A program made the translations under genes and the position numbers. Below the pieces are notes generated by a model. That model saw only the letters and a program-made list of their open reading frames with translations. It was not told where the DNA came from and searched no databases. From Laetmonice hystrix (taxonomy: Eukaryota): DNA of 60,000 nt. Shown one piece after another: positions 47,950 through 60,000 of this stretch; positions within the stretch are counted from its first letter, which is position 1; every line of letters begins with the position of its first letter. The stretch lies in NCBI GenBank assembly GCA_965235115.1, contig OZ249436.1:13704001-13764000 (forward strand). The letters run 5' to 3'.

Positions 47950-50900
47950 CGTGATAATAACTCGTGCTGACACTGTATGCAACCAAGCTCATACAGACCT
48001 CTGTAATTTTCGTTGTATAACTCTATATCATATGTGGCAGTTATACATTTTTAGTGTTATCCAGCAGAATGAAGCCACAGCGACATTCATGATTTTGACA
48101 AGGTCTACTGCAGTGTAAATGAAACAAAAAAGGCGACAAATCATTATCTATACGTTTAATGATATACGTTGATAATACTTGTATAATAACCACGGGTTCA
48201 AAGATACATTTGGTCGTGTATCGTTTCATATCTTAAGGAATGATATATGAGAGAAATGACTGAACGACTGAGGAGAGACACTCTCAAGGGCAGGGACCCC
48301 GACAACCGCAGCCAAGGCCAGGAAATTCTGGACAAATCTTGTGTTGAATCCAATGAGATACGTTCGTGAGATGAGTTGATCATCCAAACCTAGCAAAGCT
48401 GGTGTTTATTTCTCATATTCCAACCCATGTGCTCATGATTAGTCATCTGGGACCGCGGGAATGCATCAAGAGACAGCAAACAAATCAGACTTTACGGTTC
48501 TCTCAAGCTGACAGACTTGAACCTCACAAATTTTGAATAATAAGCCATCATTATTGCCTTTTTAACATTCTGTACATAATCATCATGTAAAGGCATCAAA
48601 TCCTGACAGATTTAAACTAATGCCGTAACACATGGCCCTCACGTATAGCCTATACGCTGGACAAGTTGAGGTTCAGCTGTGGAATCTAAAGCTGTCATAA
48701 ATCAGGTGTATTGCAGTCGGTGCCTGTAATTCAGTGTAATGCCCCATATTGGACTACACGTATCAGCTTTCTTTCTAAATCAGTGTGATTTATTTACGCT
48801 TCTAGTTATGGAGTTCTAACTCTAGCACCAACTGCAAAAGTCTTAGACGGATTTCCTATATTTCAAATATGAAACGTACTTTTCTTCTTTAGCAACATGA
48901 TATTTAAATATGGCGCTCAAATAATGAAAACAAATGTAAGAAAATTACAAGTTCAGTCGCCCGAGCACGGCCCGTGGCGTTTACAAACCACCGCCATGGC
49001 AAACCGGCGTGGCTGCGTGGAGCGAAGGAAGGCAATATTACCGATGGCACACGCTGCTCCGTATTACAACTACATGTGTAGTTGTTTTGTTTCCAATTTA
49101 TTACGAGATAGCAGGTAAATCAAGAATGTTTAATATGAGAGGGGGTCGATTTTGTGGCTTTTAATTTGACGGGGCCGCGTTAACGAGTTCGTTCGAACGC
49201 AATTCGTCGCTGGGTCCTATCCAACACAGTTACCGGGAAATTAAAAGTCACTTGAACTGGACGTCATAATTGGAAACTCTACTTATTGTTTCACTCTCTT
49301 CACTGTCCCCCAGAGGAGGTAATAAGACCATTCGAGCAATTCCAATTTTCGGAAGAAAACGACATAACGCTAACCATTGAGAATACCAGAGAAGCCAAAT
49401 GTTTGTATTCGTAAAACCGATACTCTACTTGTCAGCGACCAGTTTCCAGTGAAATGGTAAATCCAAATATCGCGAAAGAAGCCAGAACTTGTGGCTGTTT
49501 TTTCCTGTCGTGGCTGCCGCCTTTGGTTATGAATGGGCCACCTCGTCCGATGGTCTGGTTGAAAACGTTATGGCTCCTGCCACCGGTCCGCTGGGCGGTC
49601 GGGCGGCGGCGGTAAGGCCGGTTAGGCTAGGATATTATGTTACGGAATCCGCTCGACCACACAGGCTGGCAGGGATCGGTCATTGAGTTGGTCAGCTCGA
49701 CTGGCTCTGACCAAACGTCTGCCGGCCCTTCGATTAGGAAATTCCCCATGAAGTTGGCGTAATCATCACGCTGCTGTCTCGGATCTTACACAAGGGTTGC
49801 GGTCCCGTCTATAGATAATCCGGGAGACCGTTCAGGGGCGGTGATAAAGTAGTCAGTAACGTCCCTTTCTTTTATAGGTCAGCGTCATCCACACGCAAAG
49901 ACCAGCATATTTACTGTCTTATTGCAGTGGATCAACCTGTATTGTCTGCTCGGAAGCAACAAGACAACCAACATGACTGTAGTGTTTGATCACCGACTGA
50001 ATGCACAATTGAGTATTTGACTGGAATCGACTTGACCTAGTCGTATGCCCCTGACGGTTGCTGCAGAAGAGTAATCGCGTTTGGTGGAGTAATTGATTGA
50101 TATCAGTCCACCCAAAGATTTCATTCCAAGCCCAGCGAGGCAGCTAGATCAATCGACCATGCTGCTACTGCCAGCCAGTGCTTAGGGAGTGGCAATCAGC
50201 AGCACTAACATTCATTCTATTCCAGCGTCTACTACTAGTTTACATGTGGGAAATAGTAGACTCGAAGAGATTTCATTGAGTACAAGTCTCATTGTCCTTG
50301 GGATGATATTCATGACTGCATTCTGCAGGAAAAGTGAGCATATGAAGGTCAACTACCCTTAAATGATCGGACAGTCTGCCGTACTGATGTGTCGTGAGCC
50401 TCTTTAGGCATACCTCACGACTACTCAGCCTTTGCCTTTAAAAGTTCACCGAATTGGGGGTTCAAATTTTAATTAAACATTATACTACCTACAGAAGTCC
50501 TAAGTCACTTACAACACCATCTTGAAGTCGTTATTGCTTGCATTTATTTGAGGAAACACGTGACGTAACAAGACTGGTATCTCTTCCGATATCCATATAT
50601 CCCATCTGTATTATACTCTGTTCGCCAACAACATATTGGTATCCAATAAGTTGTCACCGTTTCCACATGAATTAATAAAATCGGAGCAGCAGTCACCTTT
50701 GCGTATCAAAAGAGCTGCAACGATTACCATAATGCACAATGATTAGGCCGTCCTGTGCCTGCCCGAAGGCAAATATTGCGTGATTTTCAATGGAAGAGCC
50801 CCTCTATGCACGCTCACGTGCATCGTGTTATTGTGACTTTATTTTGAGTACGTATTTATTTGGTGGAACGGTTTTCTTCCCTCGGGCAATTTGCACTCTT

Positions 50901-51605
50901 TGCTAAGAGAGTGCAGAGAAAGAGAAACACAATCGACCGCTTTGATGTTGAAAGAAATGACGCTGAAGAAAGGAAACTGGCCATCCACCCTGATTTCAGG
51001 AGGGAAAGAACTTCTAGACCGCACATAACAGATGCAAGTTAAGACACCGGCAGCTATCTTAAGAGCGCTATCTTTATAAACATGGTTAATTTGGGCGCCA
51101 CTTTAAGCCTGGCTTCTCCTTACGAGAAACGTCGAGACTGAATAAAGCGACCTACATCTCGAACCTCGACAGTGATAGTGAGTCTACGGGAGAGATAACG
51201 ACATAACAATCCAGTACAACTGAAGAACCTTGAATAAACTTTTAATATCATTCACCTTTCTCTATGAGATAATGACCTGAATTTGGTAATGATATGCTAC
51301 GTGTAGTTCAATGGAGAGAATGTGATAACACATTCTCGACACTTTCAGATCGGATTCTAACTTGGAATTTGATTGACACTAATGACTGAGATTTTGAGAA
51401 GTGATCTGAACATATTCAGACCCACGTGACAGCTATGTACGGATGCAATAACAGGATGCTATATGTCAACAAAGAAAAAGAGAACGAAACAGCTCGGTCA
51501 ATATTTTAACTTTCATATTATACCATATACAGTTCAATTCAACTCCGCACACTCCACTCTAAAGAACTCTCCTCGCTGGTCCCGCTATGTTGATTCTATA
51601 AGCAG

Positions 51606-52487
51606 CTAGACGTCGAATTCAATGCCAATCCAAACAATCTCAAGTGTCACTCGTAACGCCTCTCCGTCCAGTCCAGACAGCGTTTTCACGGTGGCTTCGC
51701 TCCTGCGAATTTTCAGCACGTGCTCCTCGCGCTCCAACTCAGAAACCCTCAACACTTGGTCTTTATCATCATAATAAATGTATATTTGTTCGAGAACCGC
51801 CCATAAAGCATGACAACGTTTGACAAGGCGTACCATGTCATCCGTTTGGTCACATTTATCGACTCTTGTAACAGGAGTTTCACGATCGACTGGACTGTCT
51901 AGTTTAGACGGCTTCGATTCAACACTCGTATCCGTTCCTGTTAGAGGCGCCTCAGCAACATGTTGGTCTGTGTTATTTTTATCTTCCACCAGGGAAACTA
52001 GGCCAGGGCGGCTCTGGCTAATGTTTTGGGGAGTTGATGTCTGCTCACCTGTAGGGGACTCTGTCTCATGTATTTTTTCCTCGAGAGGTTCACGATCACT
52101 AGAGGTAGGATCCGAGCTCGAATGCCGATTGTCGTCAGTGTCACTGTCTGAAAGGTCGGTATCGGACGAGTCAGTGGAAGATGATATCCACTGTTCGTCT
52201 GCGCTCTCCGCTATGGCCCGCTCCAGGGCAGCCATAGTGATGTCCTCCGGTGAGGAATACGTTGCCCCAGTACTCCATCTCCTACTGGGGTTCTTAGCAT
52301 CGCCACGGCCAGTCGGACGAATACGTGTGGTACACCGACAACGTGGACTGGCCACCGTACTCCACGTTAACTTCAGTGTAGTACTCGCTCCATCCCCGAA
52401 TATCTCATAGGTCAGGTGTTTGTGAGACTCGCAGTGCATTTTGCTAAGAAAAGCAGTCACAGCCGTAGGTAGTCCATAGAGTTCCAT
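51606..52487 (-). CDS. Intronless hypothetical protein, 293 aa (MELYGLPTAV...WIGIEFDV)
   Basis: Longest ORF in the window; ATG in strong Kozak context CCAACATGG; compact N-terminal segment, acidic Ser/Asp/Thr-rich linker, likely helical C-terminus. Confidence 0.6.
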   Translation of the reverse strand: MELYGLPTAVTAFLSKMHCESHKHLTYEIFGDGASTTLKLTWSTVASPRCRCTTRIRPTGRGDAKNPSRRWSTGATYSSPEDITMAALERAIAESADEQWISSSTDSSDTDLSDSDTDDNRHSSSDPTSSDREPLEEKIHETESPTGEQTSTPQNISQSRPGLVSLVEDKNNTDQHVAEAPLTGTDTSVESKPSKLDSPVDRETPVTRVDKCDQTDDMVRLVKRCHALWAVLEQIYIYYDDKDQVLRVSELEREEHVLKIRRSEATVKTLSGLDGEALRVTLEIVWIGIEFDV

Positions 52488-54219
52488 GTTGGAAATACTA
52501 CATTCAATAGCGCGTTCAATACTACATTCTGCGATGCTATCTCTGAGAAAAGTTACGTGAGGCACGTGCAGGGTTAGGCCATCGGTCTTACTCAGGTATT
52601 CCAGCTAGGCCTACCACCACGCCGAAATCCCGAAGGTCACTACTAGAAGTATGTTATCCCTTGGCTCACTCGTGGGCGCTTGCTACTACAGCAGCAGCAA
52701 AAAAATCCATTGCATGCAGGAGAAAGCCTCTGTCAATATGGGTGCCCAGCAGACAAGACCTCGCGACACGGTCTCATCCTATTTTTGGAGCGGGTTATTT
52801 TTTTTGGTCTTCAGTCACCGAGTCGGGGTAAATGTACATGGGCCACGCCTTAGGGGTCAACATAAACAATGGCAGACGTTTACACTCTGTCGAGTAACCT
52901 AGAACAGTTACTACCCTAGGCCATCTATTGCGTATCACCGCGGCAGTCACAGCTTGAACATTGTAATAATAGCTTTCTAATCTCTCCAGCCTCTTCTTGG
53001 CTCGTTGATCTCCAGAACGAATGGGTTCCTGGTCAGTTGGATAATAAAAAGTTCGATGTCAGGTCACCCTGAAGTATGATCAATGGGTATTTAGGTGACC
53101 GGAGAAATACAACTGTTACTGGTGCATCACTCAGGCAAGCAGCCCGACCGTACTCTATACCTAGGTCCTATCCATAGTGAACTTTGTGAAGAAATATTTC
53201 TACATAGCATGCAGGTCCATGCTTCATGTAGCTTATCCATCACTGATGATTTGGAAAGAAACTAAACATAGTCAAGATCCTCATAACACCTCTATACAGG
53301 CACCAGGGTAGTTCGGGAAACATAAATCAGGGTGTCATGTCATAATATGTAGACAAAATGCTGATTAATCCCCACATTCTAAGAGTGAGGTTACTGTGTG
53401 GTACCTGGAATTGTTGTACAAAAGATAAAATCCATTGACTCTGAATTCGACGGGAATCGTTTGAACTCCATACTCGTTATTTGGGAAAACATTTAGCTTT
53501 TTTCTTTTCATAAATAAATTATGTAGCAAACCCTTAATTGGGACAAGATTTTTTTAGCGGATTATAACGTTTGCTCAAGGTTATCTTTATACATTAGGCG
53601 AAACTTTGGGTGTTCGAAGACTCGGATTTGACGCTTTCAATGAGGGATTGGGCCACGCCATTCCACTTCTCTTGATGTTTCCTTGGTAGACATCAGCTCT
53701 CCCAGTAACTGATGCTTCCCTTCCATGTTTCAGCCCGGGTTTGGGGGCTACCTGACACCAACAACAGCTTGCTACCACTCCAACGGTTTCATTCGACCGA
53801 CCTGCATGCTTATTGTACCTAAATGTACGATCCACCTGTCTGTCAGGTGGCGAGCGCTATGCTAGTCCGCCACCTTCCGACCACAAACTGATCCATGGCA
53901 GCTCCATGGAGCTGGAGGAGATCTGATCCATTGCCTCGCCCATCGACAGCCGCCAGTCGCTGCAAGACCTTGCGTTGATGATAGGCTTGCATACCGAATT
54001 GGTTACGATCTCTCACCGTACATTTTCATCAGTTCGGTCTATGTTTTGGCCCGACGTGCCATTACTTTGTAATCATATCGACGTCAGTTGGGCTCGTATA
54101 AAGACAGATACACGTGTTCCAGTCGGGTTCCCTGGCCCTTGTAGATGAGAAATTGGCATACGGTACATCCCGTAAATGATAAATACAGGCCGTTTTACAG
54201 GGCAATCACAATGTGAATC

Positions 54220-54318
54220 ATGCACATGTAATTCGTGTAAATATTCCTCATGAGGACACCGGACATTGATTACACACGAGTGTCCTCCTTTCTCCCTTGT
54301 GACGAAGCGCTCAATCAT
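54220..54318 (-). mobile_element. Possible decayed non-LTR retrotransposon fragment (post-RT region)
   Basis: IERFVTREKGGHSCVINV resembles the RLY.PRKEGGRGL..V motif. Confidence 0.3.
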
Positions 54319-55300
54319 AAAGTCTATAATTTCATATGAAACAAGATAGTGGCTGCTTACAGGCAGGAAGGGAGCCAGATAAAAAGCTGGCTAGTTACAC
54401 TAGCACCTCAAAGCTGGGTCCACTTTTCTATGTGTCGTAGATCGCCCTTCTAGGAAACGTGATGGGGTTCTCCGAAGATTGTCAGCATATAAAATATATA
54501 TAACTTCAAGGCGGCTCTCTATAGGTTTGCCGCCACATGAGCTGGTGTTTTGACGCTGAGGGTAGATCATAGCGGGACCAGTCCGAGTTTTGGCAGGCCA
54601 ACTGACACTGCCAGACACGTACGTTAGAGCCCTTTGCCATGTTCCCCACCTACCGCTCGTGGTAAGGGCTGCCCTCTGAGGCTCTTTCTGACACGTAGAG
54701 CAATAAGGTCAATGATTCAAGGCGTACCCTCCCCCCCAAACCACCTCCTACGTAGCGTCACCACGCCTCACCCAGTTCTTGTTGCTGGGTTACCGCCGTT
54801 CGGCGCCCAGGGTCAGCCACAAGCGTCATTCAAGTTGGCGGGCCCAGTAGTGTGAAAACTCCCACAGCCTAAAAGGACGAACTGGGTGCCACGAAGGAAC
54901 GGGACACAACGCCTAGCGATGCCAATTGGTTGTCACGCAAGATCATTACCTGAACGGCAACCAGGAGTGAAAAAGGGGCTCGGGTAGTCAATCACTTGGC
55001 TGTGAGAGCACACACTGTGGCGAACGTCAAGTCGACCTGCCCATTTGTTATCATTTACAGTAGGTCCACGGATCTGGCTCTTTCAGTCTGCTTGGGGCCC
55101 GACGGCTTAGGTTCCCAATTATGGCGTTTGACATATACACCAAAGGAAAGTCGCTAATTCTCCCGAGGTCATTAAAAAACGCGCGTAAAAACAGCCAAAA
55201 CGTGAAATTCTAGCCCCATGTAATCTTGGGGTATAGGGATCTAGTGCAAACTTGTTTTTTCTTTCTTCTTTTATCGTTAGTACCGGAACGTTTAATAGCA

Positions 55301-55329
55301 TAGGGTTAGGGTTAAGGTTAGGGTTAGGG
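55301..55329. repeat. Short interstitial (TTAGGG)n-like tract
   Basis: tagggttagggttaaggttagggttaggg. Confidence 0.8.
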
Positions 55330-56085
55330 CTAATAGACAGGATACCTTCTATCATCATCACGCCCTGTGGGCAGGGAAAAAGTTAATATCATTCCTCCGG
55401 TTTATTGCCGAGGCATCCTTCAGTTAAAGGTAATCGATCACCCTACGGCCGCCGATTTTGGCGAAGCGCTGTCCCCATCGGCCTACGAATCTGCGTATTT
55501 CAAGCTTACCTGATCTCGAATCTATCCCACTGGACTGATAAAACATTCTGTCGTATCCATAACATTCTTGTGCTAGGTCTATTAGAGTCATAATGAGGCG
55601 ATATGTCCCATATTTATTCATCTCAATGGACTGAGAACCGAGAACGACCGCCATGGCCGCGTTAGCATTGTTAGGGCGGTCGTTACTATAGCAACGGGAT
55701 TGGGCGCATGCGTTGCCTCACACTGCTCCGCCAGCCCTCCCCCCATAATCCAAATAAGGGCATGATGTGATTCGCGTGCTCTCGTCTCTAGCCAAATGGG
55801 TCAACGCTTAATTAATTAATTAAAAATATTGTCGATATGGACGCGCCATGGTACCAGACTGCTAAAAAAAACCCTTAAAATAATTGTTTTTACTCAAGTT
55901 TTGTTGAATTGACTGCGTTTATTTCAATTTTCGGATCAATTACCTTTAAAGGGTGACAACATTAAGATATACCTTTGACATCAAATCTCCATGAACGAAG
56001 TTTAGAAATCTTTCTTTAAAATGTATACTACTTTCCAGTGATACAGAAGTAAAGTCAAAGTTTGCATCAGAATCAAAGACAAGAC

Positions 56086-56575
56086 AACGATGATACCACT
56101 GGTGTTTGCTCCAGATATTATAATGGACATGAAAGACGACGATGATACCACTGGTATTTGCTCCAGAGATATTATAATGAACATGAAAGACGACGATGAT
56201 ACCACTGGTGTTTGCTCCAGAGATATTATAATGGACATGAAAGACGACGATGATACCACTGGTGTTTGCTCCAGATATTATAATGGACATGAAAGACGAC
56301 GATGATACCACTGGTATTTGCTCCAGAGATATTATAATGAACATGAAAGAAGACGATGATACCACTGGTGTTTGCTCCAGAGATATTATAATGGACATGA
56401 AAGACGACGATGATACCACTGGTGTTTGCTCCAGAGATATTATAATGGACATGAAAGACGACGATCATACCACTGCTGTTTGCTCCAGAAATATTATAAT
56501 GGACATGAAAGACGACGATCATACCACTGCTGTTTGCTCCAGAGATATTATAATGGACATGAAAGAAGACGATGT
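56086..56575. repeat. Minisatellite, 52/54-bp unit, ~9 copies
   Basis: acgatgataccactggtgtttgctccag(ag)atattataatggacatgaaagacg. Confidence 0.96.
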
Positions 56576-58846
56576 AATTGGATGCATAATATTCATGACA
56601 AACACGTTCGAGTGTCTAACTTCGTAAAGATCGTCCTATTTTATGGATGCTTCAACGGGAAGGGCGCGCAATCTTTGACTTTTAACCCTTTTTTCATTAG
56701 ATTTTTTAAAGAGAAACTTGATTCATGATCTTATGATGAACAAGAAGCGGAGGTGTGCCTCCAACCACTTTGGGTGCACCTGTTAACTGTAAGTGTAGCG
56801 AGAAGCCTCGTCACCTGCCATCGAAACACTTCCACACCAGCTGACTAACACATGGCTGTTATCTACTGTCTCGGTCTGCGCGCCCAACTCGCCATTTTTT
56901 TTTTATAAAGTGCACCAAAAGTACGGCGTACTTTGGCAGAACACAGTTTACTGACACAAACGAGCTCTGCTCGCTGAGGATATTTCTCCTCTCGCGGGGA
57001 TAATCCGATTTTACTGACGCTGCAGTTTATCTCTTCCGATATCTGCCAACAGGCACAGATTATCTGAGTGGGAACTCGGGTTGCTTATCAGCCAAGAGAA
57101 GTCTGCCTGGCTGACTGTGGTATAGAGCTATACATGTGGATAGCTGCATACGATGACTATAAATAAATGGAAAAAAGGCGGGGTATCTGTCTCTATAGTT
57201 TTTGTTTCTCCTGCTTTTCTGGGCAATTATATTTTCCAACTATATTTTCTTGATCTTTCCTTCTTTTAAACCGCTTTCTACCTCCCTCATAGTTTTCCCA
57301 TAATTTATTCATGACAAATAAAGAACAAATTGAAAAAAACAAAGCTCCTGTTTTTCGTCAAAGAGGCAAAAACCTTGAAATGTATACATGCCTTGGCCTA
57401 TACATCGGTCTTCTTAGGGGCGTACGGGTGTTCAGAGAGAACGTTATCTTGACACCGATGAACACGCCAATCTCAACCAGAAGGAGAAGACGTCATTCAA
57501 AGTGATGAAGTCATGTTGAGTGCTCCACTCAATGTCTGCCCCCTCTCCACCGTACACCTCACAACTCCAGCAGGGCAGGCCCGATGACGCACGTTACATA
57601 TGTTAAGCACGCCTCTTCATGATGCCAACTGTTGGATGCTATCGACGAACCCCAGCTTGGCAGCAGGTGGGCCATCAGGACCTCTCTTCTTAAAAAAAGT
57701 ACTAAGGGCTCTGAATTTCTATTTCTGCCATGGTAGTTTGGCCTCGAGAATGATAAAGTCGGTTATAGATTGCCCACATGACCTCCAATGAAGTTGCCCC
57801 CGTCGGAAGACGTGAAGCCGTCGGGAAAACGAATATGATACAGCTGACCTGATGGGGAAACGATCCGACCTCAGAATGTCTAAAACGGACTCCTGTTGTA
57901 GATGTAGGACTCATGTCTTCAGTGGTTCCGCAGAGACACTTCAGGAGAATGTTTTAATGATACAGTCGTCATTACAAATCAAATTGTCAACTTTCCCAAT
58001 CCATCATGAAGCATGGAAACAGAATTAACCATAGAGGTTTGAACGTCGATGCCTTTAATAAACAGTAATCGTCGAAATGATCATAAATTGAAGAAGAGGG
58101 GGAAACGACCAAACAAAACCAACAACCAAACTTTAAAGCAATAAAAATGTATAATACTACGCCATTTTGAAAATGATAACGATAACACCTCTGCCACTTT
58201 CACGTTCACCTGTTCACGTTTTACGCCTGTAGCTCTGGGCCTGTCTTACATCCGAGGGTATTTCCCAACCGGAAATGAAATGACCTCGGACGGACCCTTC
58301 TGAATGGAACTGGCAGGAAGAATGCGCATATAATAATCATGCTTGTGGGAGAGACAATATTAATCACCGGATAATAATCATGCTTATGGGAGAGACAATA
58401 TCAGTTACCGGATATATACCTTATGTCTATACTGAATAAACATGTCTGTAAGCGCCTCTCTTTGTTTGGACTTAATGACATCCCTTCTAATTTCCTTACA
58501 AATCAGATCATTTGGTCGTCCAAATGAAATGTAAAAAAGTCACTTTAGTTAATATTGCTTAATACAGATCACCGAAGCTCTAGTAACGACTGTTAGTCAT
58601 TTCCTGTGCTTGGGGAGTTTACTGATGAGAAAGAAAAACAGACAGAAAGGCATGCCATCAATGTCCTGTGGGAGGACCTCGAAATCATAGCACTTTTCTT
58701 TAACCCCCATCAATCACACTTATCAATCGTACTAATTGTTACAAATATTCATGATGATGGAAGCATGTTTGGGGCGGCGTCATCTACCCCCAGCAGAGAT
58801 TGCAATCCGTCTCTGATTACCCGGGTGCTTACATTACCCCAGACGA

Positions 58847-59571
58847 ACTCTCCCACCTATGGCTGAGAGTCTCCCACCTATGGCTGAGTCTCACACCTAT
58901 GGTTGAGTCTCCCACCTATGGCTGAGAGTCTCCCACCTATGGCTGAGTCTCACACCTATGGCTGAGAGTCTCACACCTATGGCTGAGTCTCCCACCTATG
59001 GCTGAGAGTCTCCCACCTATGGGCGAGAGTCTCACACCTATGGTTGAGTCTCACACCTATGGCTGAGTCTCACACCTATGGCTGAGAGTCTCACACCTAT
59101 GGCTGAGTCTCACACCTATGGCTGAGAGTCTCACACCTATGGCTGAGTCTCCCACCTATGGCTGAGAGTCTCACACCTATGGCTGAGTCTCACACCTATG
59201 GTTGAGTCTCACACCTATGGCTGAGAGTCTCCCACCTATGGCTGAGTCTCACACCTATGGCTGAGAGTCTCACACCTATGGCTGAGTCTCCCACCTATGG
59301 CTGAGAGTCTCCCACCTATGGGCGAGAGTCTCACACCTATGGTTGAGTCTCACACCTATGGCTGAGTCTCACACCTATGGCTGAGAGTCTCACACCTATG
59401 GCTGAGTCTCACACCTATGGCTGAGAGTCTCACACCTATGGCTGAGTCTCCCACCTATGGCTGAGAGTCTCACACCTATGGGCGAGAGTCTCACACCTAT
59501 GGTTGAGTCTCACACCTATGGTTGAGTCTCACACCTATGGCTGAGAGTCTCACACCTATGGCTGAGAGTCT
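58847..59571. repeat. Minisatellite, mixed 19/21-bp units CTC(A/C)CACCTATGGCTGAG(AG)T, ~36 copies
   Basis: Direct periodicity. Confidence 0.97.
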
Positions 59572-59802
59572 CAATCGTGCATGCATGCTTTAGGTCTGCT
59601 CGCCATCAAAATGTTAAACTGATTTAATATGTATGCATTCCGTGACAGTGATGGCTGAAATTGATTGAAATCCCTGATCATCTTATTTAGGAAACTGTTG
59701 GTGGTGCTGCCGCTACTCATGATGACAACACGACAGTGTTTCTGTTGATCATGGTAAGATACTGTAGCAATGGCGTGAAGACATTGAATGCTCGCAGTGT
59801 TC

Positions 59803-59920
59803 AGAGAGAGAGAGAGAGATAGAGAGACGGACAGACAGACAGACAGATAGGGAGACAGAGTCAGAGAGTGACAGAGTGTGATAGGGTGTGACAGAGAGAT
59901 AGACATAGAGACACAGAGAC
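59803..59920. repeat. Compound (GA)n/(GACA)n microsatellite
   Basis: Direct reading. Confidence 0.85.
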
Positions 59921-60000
59921 AAAAAAGACTTCAACGGGATATGAACCTATCAATAGCCACGATTACTAAAAAATATGGCGCACAGTCGAACTATTGACTT

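Noticed and set aside
46751..47992. Numerous overlapping repetitive ORFs (also at 9.5-9.9, 18.7-19.1, 27.3-28.1 and 56.0-56.7 kb)
   Set aside because: Translations of tandem or inverted repeats with frame-shifting unit lengths
51820..52410. 196-aa + strand ORF
   Set aside because: Antisense shadow of the 293-aa ORF; non-ATG start and low complexity
53243..53275. Hammerhead ribozyme-like core CTGATGA...GAAACTAAACATAGTC
   Set aside because: Stem III forms, but stem I cannot pair and stem II is only weak A-U pairs with a 2-nt loop
55301..55329. Telomere or chromosome-fusion relic
   Set aside because: Only about five imperfect units; such tracts are common inside invertebrate repeats

Overview
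Eukaryotic (animal, probably invertebrate bilaterian) genomic DNA, not prokaryotic. Positions ~3.6-12.4 kb hold the 3' portion of a spliced, + strand alpha7-type nicotinic acetylcholine receptor gene. Its exons correspond to CHRNA7 exons 4, 5+6, 7, 8, 9 and 10; exons 1-3 were not found and presumably lie upstream. The main signal is a tandem pair of intact, diverged 195-nt copies of exon 7 (loop C, M1, pore selectivity filter) only 83 nt apart. They are flanked by predicted RNA stems and look like mutually exclusive exons. A weaker candidate diverged copy of exon 8 (M2) is also present. The remaining ~47 kb is repeat-rich: several MITEs with readable TIRs/TSDs, a TGT...ACA foldback element, a tRNA-derived SINE head, decayed LINE fragments and many minisatellites. 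It also contains one intact intronless 293-aa ORF of unknown function on the - strand. All calls were made by eye; no searches were run.
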